Shown one piece after another: positions 10,716 through 22,435 of a DNA stretch of 64,000 nucleotides (positions within the stretch are counted from its first letter, which is position 1; each line of letters begins with the position of its first letter). The notes below the pieces were generated by a model that was not told the DNA's origin, searched no databases, and saw only the letters and a list, made by a program, of their open reading frames with translations. Both the position numbers and the translations under genes were made by a program. The stretch comes from Malacoraja senta. Its lineage: Eukaryota. The stretch covers positions 17,114,001-17,178,000 of the forward strand of contig CM075989.1 of assembly GCA_038087875.1 (NCBI GenBank), written 5' to 3'.

Positions 10716-11324
10716 AATTGCTGTGACCAATTAACCTGGCAACCCATCCGTCTTTGAATGTGGGAGGAAAACAGAGCACCCAGAGGAAACGCACCTAGAA
10801 AGAACGTGCAAACTCCACGCAGACAGCGCTGGAGATTAGGATTGAGCCCGGGTCTCTGATGCTGCGAGGCAGTGGCTCTACCAGCCGCACCACTGTGCTG
10901 CCCGCAGAATGTCACAGAAATCTCCATTCATAGTGAATTTATTATCACTCACAGGCGTTACAGCAGTTGCAGACGATTGAGTAATTATGGTAATTGCATC
11001 TTAACGAGATGCATGGTGCATAATGAATGAACTGTACACCAACAAACTCAGTGTGCAGTAAGCCACACATTTGTTATTGATTTGTGTAAGGATGGAAAAT
11101 GCCAATCATTAATTATTCAGCGTAGGTTGTTGTTCATCATAAGAATGGAAAAAGCAGCTGGTTAGCTCAGAGGTATTGAAAGCTTTTTCCTCGTCCAATG
11201 TACATCGACAAAGCACAACTAAGAGAATGCCTCTTTGGTGGAGTAGCCAGGTTTTAGATTAAGTCAGATATTGTGGCTCTGACCACCTTGCTAAATGGAT
11301 AGAAAATTTCATTTGGCACAAATA

Positions 11325-11550
11325 GGGGCGGCACGGTGGCGCAGCGTTAGAGTTGCTGCCTTACAGACCCAGGGACCCGGGTTCGATCCTGACTCTGGGT
11401 GCTGTCTGTATGGAGTTTGTACGTTCTCCCTGTGACCGTGTGGTTTTTCTCCGGGTGGTCCGATTTCCTCCCAAACTCCAGCGACGTGCAGGTTTTAGGT
11501 TAATTGACTTTGGTGAGAATTGTAAATTATTCCTATTGTCTAGGATAGTG
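11325..11550 (+). mobile_element. HE1/V-SINE-type SINE truncated by MITE
   Basis: GGGGCGGCACGGTGGCGCAGCG..GGTTCGATCC head; interrupted at TTA 11551-11553. Confidence 0.8.
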
Positions 11551-11553
11551 TTA

Positions 11554-11710
11554 AGGGCCAGTCCCACTTACCCGATTTTTTTCGGCGACTTGCCGGCACC
11601 CATCATAGTCACAGCAGGTTGCCGAAAATTTTCAACCTGTTGAAAATCCAGTGGCGACCAGAAAAAAGTACGACTCTTTGGGCGACTACTCACGACCATA
11701 CAGGTGTCAC
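11554..11710. mobile_element. PIF/Harbinger-type MITE, left part only
   Basis: AGGGCCAGTCCCACTTACCCGATTTTTTTCGGCGAC resembles the TIR at 1482; no right TIR seen. Confidence 0.6.
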
Positions 11711-13349
11711 CTGTCGGGATTCAATGGGGGGTTTCAATGGTTTCCAGAGGTGCTAGACCCATTTGTACCATAGGGCTTCTAGAATACTTCTAACAGAACT
11801 CTGAGCCAGTAAATGATTCACATCTGTGGTATAGCAATTCTCCTGCCTCGGCAACAGGACACCACAGACCCTCTCGTGCACTATCATGGACTCGTTTGCT
11901 TATTGTGTATTTTTGCACAAATGCCCAGTTTTTCGTTTCACTGTCTTGTAGAATTGATGAGTAACTATGAATACTTTATGTTATGTGTGTTCTCTGAGTG
12001 CATGTGTCTGAGATACAGTTGCAAACAATACTTTCATTGTACCTGTAACTCACCTAATTGTGCATATGACAATAAGCTCAACGACCTGACTCCTACTTCC
12101 CACACTCTTGCAGGACTCTGTAAAGAAGCACTTGGGAGGGTTGGTTTGCTGATTTCTGCAGTTAGAAGCCTTGCCTGACATGTTGCACTTGTGGACAAAT
12201 GGACAATTCCTACCATTACCTTTAAAAAATGTAATTGGCTTCTTTGCACAAACTCCTAATCTACTCCAATGATGTTTACTCCACTTATCTCCAATAAAAT
12301 TTGTTGCAAAGTTTTACTGTTTTAGTTTTCAAGATGCCTGGTGTAATTTTATCCAGTCAATAGTTATGGGTATGCTTCAGGATATACTTACCTGGAGAAG
12401 TAAAAGGACACCCTGGGGACTTGGCCTGGAGACGTATCCACTTTTCAGTGCGTACTCAATCTCCATGTTTCCCATTTTCAATGTTTCACATTTTTTCTCC
12501 ATTGATGCCATGATTCCCCTCTCCCATCAAAGCAGATCCAAAATATTCATTAGGATGATCCCGACAATGTCACTGAATGCAATGCTTGGTTTTTAATTCA
12601 GTTTGCTTTCATAGATTCATAAAAATCTATGGTGCAGAGGAGATCTATGACATCCAATATTGAACTATTCCCCACTTTTCAACACTTGCTTCCCAGTCTT
12701 AATCATCCAGATTTTTTAAAGGATTTAGGGGATTCTGCCTCTGCTTTCCTGACATCTAGTGAGTTCCAGACACCACCACAATGTAGAATAGTAGATCTCC
12801 CAGCCAATGTTTACTGCAATTACACAGGACCTTTGTGAGACCCACACCTAAGCAAGTATATACATTGTGGAGAGAACACGGTGACAATGCAACACAATGA
12901 GTTCTAGGATGACAGGTCTATCATATAAAGAGAGGCTGAGTAGGATAGAACTCTACTCATTATGGTTGAGAAGAATAACATTTAGAAACGTTCAACAGGG
13001 TAGATGTGGGGAGAATGTTTCTCTTGTCTAAGGATTCTAGGACATAGTCTCAACACAAGAGGTAGGCCAGAGGTAACGAGAAATATCTTCACTTGGAGCA
13101 GCAAGATTGCACATGGAATATTACGAGCAGTTCTCTTTGCTACACTACAGGTAGGATGTGTAACGATAGAGAAAGAGCTTCACCAGAGTGCTGTCTGGAA
13201 TGGAAGGCTTTAGTTACAAGGAAAGGGACTTCTTCCCTTTCTCTGCTTCCATCCGACCTGCACCCAACCAGCACTGGAATGTGAAAGTCAGATGTTGGAC
13301 TATATCCTCTTTTGTTACTATAAAGGGCTTGGGATGTATTTTTCTGGGT

Positions 13350-13642
13350 TTAGATTAGTTTAATTTATAAATACAACGATGAAACAGACCCTGCTGCTCG
13401 CCGAGTTTACACGGACCAACGATCACCCATACACTAGTTCTATCCTACACACTAGAGGCAATTTACAGAAGCCAATTAGCCTAATAACCTTCACGCCTGT
13501 GGGATGTGGGAAGAAACCGGAGAAAACCCATGTGGTTACAGGAAGAACGTACAAACTCTGTACCGACAGCACCCGCAGTCAGGATTGAACCTGAGTCTCT
13601 GGCGCTTTGAGGCAGCAACTCTACTGCTGGACCACTGTGCTA
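13350..13642 (-). mobile_element. HE1/V-SINE-type SINE
   Basis: Same modules as other copies. Confidence 0.75.
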
Positions 13643-13829
13643 CACTGGTGACATAATTTCTTAGTATGTCATTATTCTCCATGTTTCCCATTTTCAATAC
13701 ATCACAGTCTTCCACCTTTACACCATTGCCTCTGTGATTCCACTCTCCCATGAAGGCAGATCCAAAGTCGTCATTAGGATGATTTAGTGATCCTCTTGGT
13801 AGCTTTGTATCAAGGGATCGAACACACTT

Positions 13830-14233
13830 GGCGTCAAGAGTATTTTGTTGTGATATGTCCCAGATAGAACAATGAAATTCTTACTTGCAGCAGCACAAAG
13901 GAATATGTTAACATAGTACACTGTACACAATATAATAAATGAGAGGAAAAAAAGTTCAGTGTGTGTGTATATATATACACACACACGCATATTTTGTGTT
14001 TTTGTGTTTCGTCTTTTTGTGTTTTTATGATTGTTGGCAGATCAATTTCCCTCCTGGGATAAATAAAGTTCCATTGTATCGTATACATACATATAAAAAA
14101 CAAACAATAATAGTGCGATAATATCAATAATAGTCTATGTGTTTCAGCGCTTATTTGAGTTTGTAGTGTTAAATAGCCCAATGAAGAAGCTGTTCCTGAA
14201 CCTGGACGTTACGGTTTTCAGGCTCCTGTACCG
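13830..14233 (-). mobile_element. Rex1/Babar-type 3' fragment with a second nested tail
   Basis: GAAGCTGTTCCTGAACCTGGACGTTACGGTTTTCAGGCTCCTGTACC and tail GAAATTCTTACTTGCAGCAGCACA. Confidence 0.6.
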
Positions 14234-15721
14234 TTGGTCAGGAAGCAGGGCCAGGAATGGGCAGACATGAGCCGACACAGGTGATGGCTCCTCCACCTCT
14301 CACTCTGTCACCACCCAGTCAGTCGGTTTAAGATTGCTACCATGGTAAATGTACTCAAGGTGAATGGGTGACATTGATTCATGTAAGGTGTACAAGGAAA
14401 ATGTCATCCTCAAAAGATGCTGAGCGCATGAAATTAAGCCGAGCACATGTAAATCCTCAGCGTTTGTAATGAGAGAGTGAAGGTTACTATTTCAGGTCAA
14501 TGACCTTTCATCAGATTATTCCCTGGATTTTCTGCTTTCTTCCAAAATATTCTCTCTGTCAATGCAACTAAACAGCCCTCTGATATCTAGACCTTGAACA
14601 ATCTGTTCAGTACTGACGGAATGTGACTAAATACTTCTTCCACAGTTCCATTAGTTTTAATGAATTCTATAAATATACAGTGCCAACTTTCTGTTAATGA
14701 GATTCAGAGGGTGTGCAAAGAAAGAGAAGGTTTTCTTAAATGCATCACCTAATTATGCTTCAAATTGCCTCTCTCCAATTAGTTATCCTTTGATGTTTAC
14801 AACAAGATCCTAAAACAGAAGACTCACATGAATTCTTCCATGTAAACACTGTTTGCTTTGGGATGGAAATTATCCAGAAAGCAGGGAACCCATGCATTAA
14901 CTTAGTTGGAAGTTCATTAGGGCATAAGGAATAGGAGTAGAATTAGGCCATTTGGCCCATCAAGTCTACTCCACCTCCTAACCCCATTCTCCTGCCTTCT
15001 CCCCATAACCTCTGACAACTTGCAGGCTGTCTCTGAGAATTCGGATGAAAAGGTGAGACAGCTCCTTCGGAAATAAAGAGCTTGCATTTCTACAATGCCC
15101 TTCACAACTCCAGGAAGTTACGAAGCACTTTACAGATAATTAAATGCTTTTTAAAGAGCCCGATGTAAACTCACGAAAAGACACCTCTTTCTCTTGTCTC
15201 AACATGGTGCAGCTCTTGGTAATCAATATTGAGTTGAATCATTTCAGATAACCAGCTTTTCCTGTTTGTGAAAGAACTGGCCAGTTCTGACACAAAGTCA
15301 TCCACCTTCAATGCATTTTTCTATATCTCCACAGATGTTCCCTGATATGCTGAACTGGCCAGTTCTGACCCAAAGTCACCCACCTTAACTGTACAGTGCT
15401 GAAGGACACCCACGCTGTCTGAGGAGCTATCTTTGGGAGTAGATGTTGGTCGCTCAGGATGATCTTCATTCATCGCCGCAGGTTAGCTTTCACGGTCGGC
15501 AACGTCGATTCCCACCAATCTGAGGAAGGTCAACCTGCCCTATCTGAAGAGATCAGCTGATTGAAATAATTCAAGCAGACCCCTGGGCTGCATGGAAGCT
15601 GGCTCTTCAAGGTTATGGTTGCACAGCAGCTGCTATCATTTAATGAGAAACTGCTCGTCGCATGGCTAATTGAAGATCGACGCTTGGATGACTTTCAATG
15701 AGCCATGTACTGAGAAGCATT

Positions 15722-15895
15722 GCAGAGCTGCTGAAATTTTCTGATGCTGCATTCAATATTTTGTTGGATCGCGTCCAGGAGAGACAACGCACTCTTTTGG
15801 AAGCAGACAGGCTTCTTCACAAAATAGCACCAAGCTGTGCAGGGAGTTTGGAGCAAGGGTGCTGAGTGACCTCAGGACAGATGCAGTTGAAGAAA
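15722..15895 (+). pseudogene. Possible degraded Harbinger-associated Myb/SANT-like DNA-binding gene fragment
   Basis: From 15734 KFSDAAFNILLDRVQERQRTL, then across frameshifts GSRQASSQNSTKLCR and VWSKGAE; resembles the F-S..LL..V..R..LFG..W pattern of NAIF1/MSANTD-type proteins. Confidence 0.35.
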
Positions 15896-16077
15896 GGAAA
15901 GCAGGTACTACAGGTGGTTCAGCTGTCCCGCTGATCTGCTCGCTTCAATTCCAACCTCCAGCACTGTCAGTGTGGACTTTGTACATTGTGCCCGTGACCA
16001 CGTAAACTTCCTCTGGTCATTCTATCTTCCTCCCATGTGCCAAAGACAAGCCGGCTGGCTCTTGTGGAAGATTAGCA

Positions 16078-16515
16078 TTCATAAGTTCATAAGCCATCGC
16101 AGCAAAATCAGGTCATTCGGTCCATCAAGTCTACTCCGCCATTCAATCACGTTAGACCTATCTTTCACTCTCAACACCATTCTCCTGCCTTTCTACCCAA
16201 CTAGTCAAGAATCTGCAAATCTCCGTTTTATAAATACGCAATGACTGGGCTTTCACAGCCATCTGTGGCAAAGAATTCCACAGATTCACCACTCAGGCTA
16301 AAGAATTTTCTCCTCATCTCCTTTCCAAATGTACGTCTTTTTATTCTGAGGCTGTGCCCTCTGGTCCTAGACTCTCACTGGTGGAAACATCCTCCACATC
16401 CACTCTATCCAAGCCTCTTGCTATCACAATTCAGTAAGTTACAAAGAGGTTCCCCCTGGCCTTCTAAACTCCAGCGAGGACAGGCCCAGTGCCGACAAAC
16501 GCTCATCGTACGTTG
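16078..16515 (-). mobile_element. CR1-type LINE 3' fragment
   Basis: Reverse complement of the 9790-10160 family; TTCATAAG tail repeat. Confidence 0.75.
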
Positions 16516-17175
16516 ACGATCTTCAGGAGCAGTCAACGACTCTGAGGAAGAGTATTTGCTTCCCTCACCTGTGCTCCATGACTCATCCTCTGCTTCCTGC
16601 TCACCGCCACCTCTCTAACAAACCTGGGAGGTTATTTCTGTCCTCGCTTTGCGGAGACAGAACCAAAGATACGTGTTTAATTGGCCTGTTGTTTCTTTGT
16701 TTCCAATTAAAACTGCCCCTCTTTCTGACTTATATTTGTCTTCATTAATCTTTTTTCACTTCACAAATCCACAGAAGCATTTAAATCACTTCTTATGTTC
16801 TCTGCAGGTTTAATCTCGCATGCTGTTTTCTCCCATCTTAATAAATCCTTTTATCCTTCTTTGCTGATTTTGGAGTAATACATTTAATACAGCCCAAATG
16901 TAGATCTCACTTTCACACAGAGCATTTGAGGAAAACGACACTGATGTAAGTGAAGATTAGCTGAGATTCAGGGTCGGGTGGGAGGAAAGAGGAAGGATGC
17001 CTTGTTGGTGTGAGATGATGAGGGATGGGAGGGAGTAGGGTGTCTATCAGCTGGTGGGAAAGTCAGGAGTCGTATTCTTTGGCACTAGGGTGAAGGAAGG
17101 GGGAGGGTCTTGGGCTTGCAAGAGGGGAGATGAAACAAACAGCTGCACTGGGCATGTGCCAAATTATCAATGTAA

Positions 17176-17390
17176 AGGGCCTGTCTGACTTTCACAACCT
17201 AATTCCCGACCTCTGCCGAGTTTGCCCTTGACTCATACTCGCAGGAGGTCGTAGGTAGGTCGTAGGTAGGTCGTGATGCTAGTCGTAGGTACTCGTGGCA
17301 TCAAGTAGGTCGGGTGTTTTTCGAGCCTGATGAAAAATGTCCACGAGTAAAAAAGGTCATGAATTAGGTCGTGAAAGTGGGACAGGCCCT
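17176..17390. mobile_element. PIF/Harbinger-type MITE
   Basis: AGGGCCTGTCTGACTTTCAC ... GTGAAAGTGGGACAGGCCCT; TAA at 17173-17175 and 17391-17393; internal GGTCGTAGGTA repeats. Confidence 0.8.
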
Positions 17391-17487
17391 TAAGTCCTGC
17401 CCGTGCCCTAAAGGGGACAGAAGTCACTGTTACCCACCCTGTTGCAGATACCACACAATACGTGCTTCACCCACGCAAGTCTCAGGA

Positions 17488-17750
17488 CCGGCACGGTGGC
17501 GCAGCAAAAGAGTTGCTGCCTTTCAGCGCCAGAGACCCAGTTTCAATCCTGCCCTCAGGTGCTTTATGTGACCACGTGGGTTTTCTCTGGGTGCTCCGGT
17601 TCCCTCCCACATTCCTAAAACATGCAGGTTTGTAGGTTCATTGGGTTCTGTAAATCGTCCCCAGTGTGTAGGATAGAACTATTGTGCATGGGTGATTATT
17701 GGTCGGCGTGGACTTGGTGGGTCGAAGGGCCTGTTTCCTCACTATATTTC
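17488..17750 (+). mobile_element. HE1/V-SINE-type SINE (internally deleted)
   Basis: Head, partial body, tail GAAGGGCCTGTTTCC. Confidence 0.7.
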
Positions 17751-18174
17751 TGGTCAGCATCTGATCCGTAGCTTCTCATTACTGCTTGGGACTGGAATCA
17801 TGGGACCTCCATATCTCTGGCTCGGTTGCAAATGAGAGAAACAGCAACCTGGCCACTTTCTGCTCTTCAATCATCCACCGTCTGATGGATATAGAGTCGA
17901 AAAGGATTAGAGATTCACTTTCCCAATACCAACCTCAAGGCAATCAGCAGTAACTTTCTGAAAAAATGCACATTTTTACAGGAATTCAAGGGCTCTCTTT
18001 TCCCACCTCTCAATCCCTTTGGAATTAAGAAATAAATCTGCCTCTTTCTTGAATATATTGAGGGCTTCATTACCTTCTGTGGTGAGGAACTGCACAGGTT
18101 CACCACTCTTCTACTTCCTCTAGAGACTGAGGATGTTTGGCAAGTCTTCAAATACTCTGAGCAATTTCTATAAA

Positions 18175-18440
18175 TCAAGAACCAGAGGACATAGGTTTGA
18201 GGTGATGGGGGGGGGGGGGGGGGAAGATTTAACAGGAACATGAGGGTTAACCTTCTCGCACAAAGGGTAGGTGGGTGTATGGAACGAGCTACCTGAGGAG
18301 GTAGTTGAGGCAGGTACTATCGCAACATTTATGAAATATTTAGACAGGTACATGGAAAGGACAAGTTTAGAGAGATATATGCCAAACTCAGGCAGGTGGG
18401 ACTAGTGTAGATGGGACATGTTGGTCAGTGTGGGCAAGTT
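18175..18440 (+). mobile_element. CR1-type 3' fragment with poly-G run
   Basis: GGGTGTATGGAACGAGCT..GAGGAGGTAGTTGAGGCAGG..GGCAGGTGGGACTAG, same family as 5650-6350 and 29895-30240. Confidence 0.75.
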
Positions 18441-18459
18441 TTCATAATGTATCACTATG

Positions 18460-18750
18460 GCTCCACGATACAATTGAAAGCATCCTATCAGATTGTATGC
18501 CCAAGACAGTAGAGACTGCAGAGAGTTGTGAACACAGCAATGTCCATCCTGTAAACTAGATGCCTCCTCCTCATCAACCCTATTTACACTTCACACTGCC
18601 CAAGCAAAAGCAGCCAATGTAATCAAGGACTACCCCCATCCGGTCATTTATCCTCTCCTCTCTTCCGTTGGGCAGAAGGTAAAATGCTTGAAAGCAGATT
18701 CAGATTTACCAGATTCAGTAGCAGCTTCCTTCCCACTAACCTTATCAATA
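18460..18750 (+). mobile_element. Old Rex1/Babar-type fragment
   Basis: GTAATCAAGGAC..CATCC.GTCA..CTTCCGTTGGGCAGAAGGT..CAGCTTCCTTCCC similar to 1850-2160. Confidence 0.5.
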
Positions 18751-19460
18751 CCACATGCCCAAGCAGATATAGTGGTCAAATTCAAAAAGTTGCTGGATAA
18801 GGATCTGAAAGAGTAGGACTTGCACGCTGTGGAACACAATGGGCTGAATGGCCTCCTTCTGGCTAGTACCATTCAGGGATACTATGATTTGCTGAAAGAA
18901 ACATGTTGAGATGGGTCCAATATCCAACCTGTATGTCATTGATGGAGCACAGTGATCACTGACACTCACCACAATCCTCCGTGAGTGATGTGCCTTTGTA
19001 CTTCATCATCTTCTCTGTGAGTTTTGGTTTGGTTAATGGGGGAGCTTCTCTTTGCCTTTGCGGATGCCTGGCAATTAAAAGATTTTCTGTGTGGTTGCAT
19101 CCATCATGCTGATTATTAAACCGCAGCAGCCCGAGTTCAATCCTGAAGTTGCGAGCTAATCTCCCTTTTGAATGATGAGACAATGTTTCACAAAGATTGC
19201 TTACAAGCAGTAATTACAGATGGGACTGTCAGGGCAGTCAGAGGATGTAGTGTATCTCATGAATCAGCATGTGGTCTGCTAGAATGCAAGGATAAATCCG
19301 TGCCTCTGTGCCATTTACAAACACCGAATAAATTGCTCAACACTACCCTTGGCCGTCGATTCTAAACTTGAGGTCATTTCAAACAGTAAATTTGCAATTT
19401 ATTGGTGAATTCAACATCAATTCAACATCAGCAGATACATTATTTAATCCTGTTGATGAG

Positions 19461-19752
19461 AGGGCGGCGCAGTGGCGTCGCGGTAGAGTTGGTGCCTCAC
19501 AGTGCCAGAGACCCGGGTTCGATCCTGACCACGGGTGCAGTCTGTACGCGTTCCCCCCGTGACCTTGTGGGTTTTCCCCGGGTGCTCCAGTTTCCTCCCA
19601 CACTCCAGAGACGTACATGTTTGCAGGTTAATTGGCTTTTGTAAATTACCCTTAGTGTGTAGGATAGTGCTTCTGTACGGGGTGATCGCTGGTCAGCATG
19701 GACTCGATGGGCCGAAGGGCCTGTTTCCACGCTGTATCTCTAGATCTAAAGT
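19461..19752 (+). mobile_element. HE1/V-SINE-type SINE, full length
   Basis: GGGCGGCGCAGTGGCG..GGTTCGATCC head through GGGCCGAAGGGCCTGTTTCCACGCTGTATCTCTA tail. Confidence 0.85.
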
Positions 19753-20182
19753 CCAAAGAATCAGAACAGGCCGCACCAACAGAAACTCTTCCTCACAAGC
19801 AGACCTGTGGGCTCTGCTCGATAGCCGCATGACAAATTCAAGGGCACACCGGGACTAATACATCCTCATCATTAAGGGATCATTTTATGAGTTTGATTCC
19901 TGTTGCTGCCTCCATGCAGCCCAGATTCCGTAATCAAGGAAAGAAATTATCTGCAGGTAAAGCTATTACTTTTTTTCATAACAGTGTGAGACTAACCAAT
20001 CCAGGAGATGGAGTCTAACAATTCCATCATACGCGGACATTATTTTCCCTGTATATTGCACCGACTAATATGGCAGTATCGTGTCGTCAAGCCACAGAAA
20101 CTAATTTTAATCTCTTTATGTTTCCTCACATTCCTCCTGATCATGTGGGCGGCAGGATATAAGTCAATAACTATTTCAAAAG

Positions 20183-20508
20183 TGCAGCACGGTGGCGCAG
20201 CGGTAGAGTTGCTGCCTCACAGCACCAGAGACCCGGGTTCGGTCCTGACTACGGGTGCTGTCTGTATGGAGTTTGTATGTTCTCCCCGTAACCTGTGTAG
20301 GTTTTCTCCGATAGCTCTGGTTTCCTCCCTCACTCCAAAGATCTACAGAGTTGTAAGTTAATTTGGCTTCAGTAGAAATTGTAAATCTAGTGTGTAGGAT
20401 AGTGATAGTGTATGAGGATTGCAGACTCGGTGGGCCGAAGGGCCTGTTTCCGCGCTGCTTCTCTAAACTAAACAAATCTAAACTAAACTAAACTAAACTG
20501 TAAACTAA
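20183..20508 (+). mobile_element. HE1/V-SINE-type SINE, full length
   Basis: Head, body, (CTAAA)n tail. Confidence 0.85.
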
Positions 20509-20707
20509 ATGTGACCCAGGTCCACATTCATCTTCTGGTCAACTTACCTCTTCCTCTTTAGGCAGTTCCCCGGGATCAATGATAAATTGCTTCCATCCCA
20601 GTTTTATTGGTTTTGAGGTGAATTAATGGGAAACGGTTCAACCTACGCTGACAGTACTCCAGAAACACAGACATACCATCTGTTGCTGAGGCCTTGGTGC
20701 TGTTTAT

Positions 20708-20985
20708 AGACACAAAATGATGGCGTAACTCAGTGGGTTGGGCAGCATCTCTGCAGAAAAGGAATAGGTGACGTTTCGGGTCAAGAACCTTCTTCAGACT
20801 GAGAGTCAGGGGAGAGCGAAACTAGAGGCATGAAAAGGTACAGAACAAATCAGAGCTGGTACCGATGGCCAAAGAGCCCACAATGGTCCACTGTTGGCTG
20901 AGAAAGTGGTGAAAACAAAAAGATAAGTACAGTGAAACCACCAAGACGACTAGGGTGGGGGAGTGATGGAAAATGAGGGAATGCA
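20708..20985 (-). mobile_element. Penelope-like 3' end with minimal hammerhead motif
   Basis: Minus strand CAGTCTGAAGAAGGTTCTTGACCCGAAACGTCACC at about 20767-20801; upstream UTR homologous to 40440-40675. Confidence 0.75.
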
Positions 20986-21884
20986 TGTTTAGTTGGGTTA
21001 TGCCTTTTCAATGCCTTGCCAATGTCAACGTCAATGAGACCTACCCTCTCATATGCTTTGGTGTTTAGAAGTTGTCAATCAGAAGCAGCAGTAAGTCTAG
21101 ATAAATGAAATCCCACATCGTCAGTATCTTGGGGTACCATGGATCAAAATTTGGCTGGAGCAAGTACATAATTAGTCAGGCTCAAGGAGCATTCAGCATG
21201 GGTGTGGGGCAGGGGGGTGGGGGTGGGGGGGGGGGGGGGAGGAGTTCACCAGAAGCATACCAGAGGTCCAGGAAAGTGAAAACCGTGTCCTCAAGAAGGA
21301 TCATTATATGTTGAACTGACAGTAAAGCAAATGTCCAACTAAAGAACAAGGGCTCCTTGCCACATCAGGTCATCTTACCTTCCCCCAGCAATGATTAGTC
21401 CAGTATCCACTTAAACCACATTGAACAACATAACATGCCAAATCAAATCATCCTTCTAAACCATATTTGTACATCCAATCAAAGTCATTAAACAAACAAT
21501 CATGCACTAATCACACATCTGTCTGTGTTTGTGTGACTTGGCTTGGCCTAACATCCCAGTGTAGTTCACCACCAATAGCACAGTGGCTGAAAGGCTACTG
21601 ACTCACAATTGCAGGAGGTTGCAGGTTATCATGGAGTGGGACCTCATGTGGTTCCAGGCCAGACAACTCATCACTAATCCTCAAGGGCAATTAGCAGTAG
21701 TATTAAATGCCGCATTTGCCTGCCACATGCACATTCTGTGAATGAAGAAAAAGGGAACCAAAATTTAGATTGTTGTAATAATTACAGAAATTCAACAATA
21801 TAAATAATATTTAATTACATCTATTTGATGTAATTTGATTTTTTTTAATGCACAATGTAATGTCAATGATAGGAGCGGCAGTTT

Positions 21885-22163
21885 ATTTTTTTTTTTGTAT
21901 CAAAAAATAATATATTTAAATTCCAACATGATACAAAAACAAAACAACAAACAAAAGCATGGTGATATACCCACCACCATATTACAGAATCACCAAATTA
22001 TTCAGACATTAAATTACAAACAACTATGTTATAAATATCACCACCCTCTCCAACACCACCCGGGCGCGGACATAACCCCGGTAAAGGGGCAAGCATCTGG
22101 CTCGGGCAAAACCCTTACCGCCTGGTGCCGTGACTCGCGGATGGCCAGCTTGGCCAGGCCAGG
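21885..22163 (-). mobile_element. Tx1-clade LINE 3' fragment
   Basis: Minus strand GLAKLAIRESRHQAV then, after a frameshift, ARARCLPLYRGYVRARVVLER; T-rich UTR and A-tail. Confidence 0.6.
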
Positions 22164-22177
22164 AGCGGCACAGTGGC

Positions 22178-22435
22178 GGGGGCGGCACGGTGGCACAGCG
22201 ATAGTTCCTGTATCACAGCGCCAGAGACACAGGTTCGATCCTGACTATGGGTGCTGTCTGTATGGAATTTGTATGTTTTCTCTTGGTGCTCCGGTTTCCT
22301 CCCATACTCCAAAGACATACACGTTTGTAGGTTAATTGGTAAAATTGTAAATTGTCCCTTGGGTGTAGGGGTGATCATTGGTTGGTGGGACTCAGTGGGC
22401 CGAATGGCCTGTTCCATGCTGTATCTCTATATCTC
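22178..22435 (+). mobile_element. HE1/V-SINE-type SINE
   Basis: Head GGGGCGGCACGGTGGCACAGCG, body, tail. Confidence 0.8.

Noticed and set aside
19461..19540. tRNA-like A/B boxes
   Set aside because: SINE heads continuing into SINE body, not tRNA genes
19920..19956. Possible 37-nt exon (CAG|...CAG|GTAAAG)
   Set aside because: Weak polypyrimidine tract, no recognisable peptide, no partner exons; needs RNA-seq
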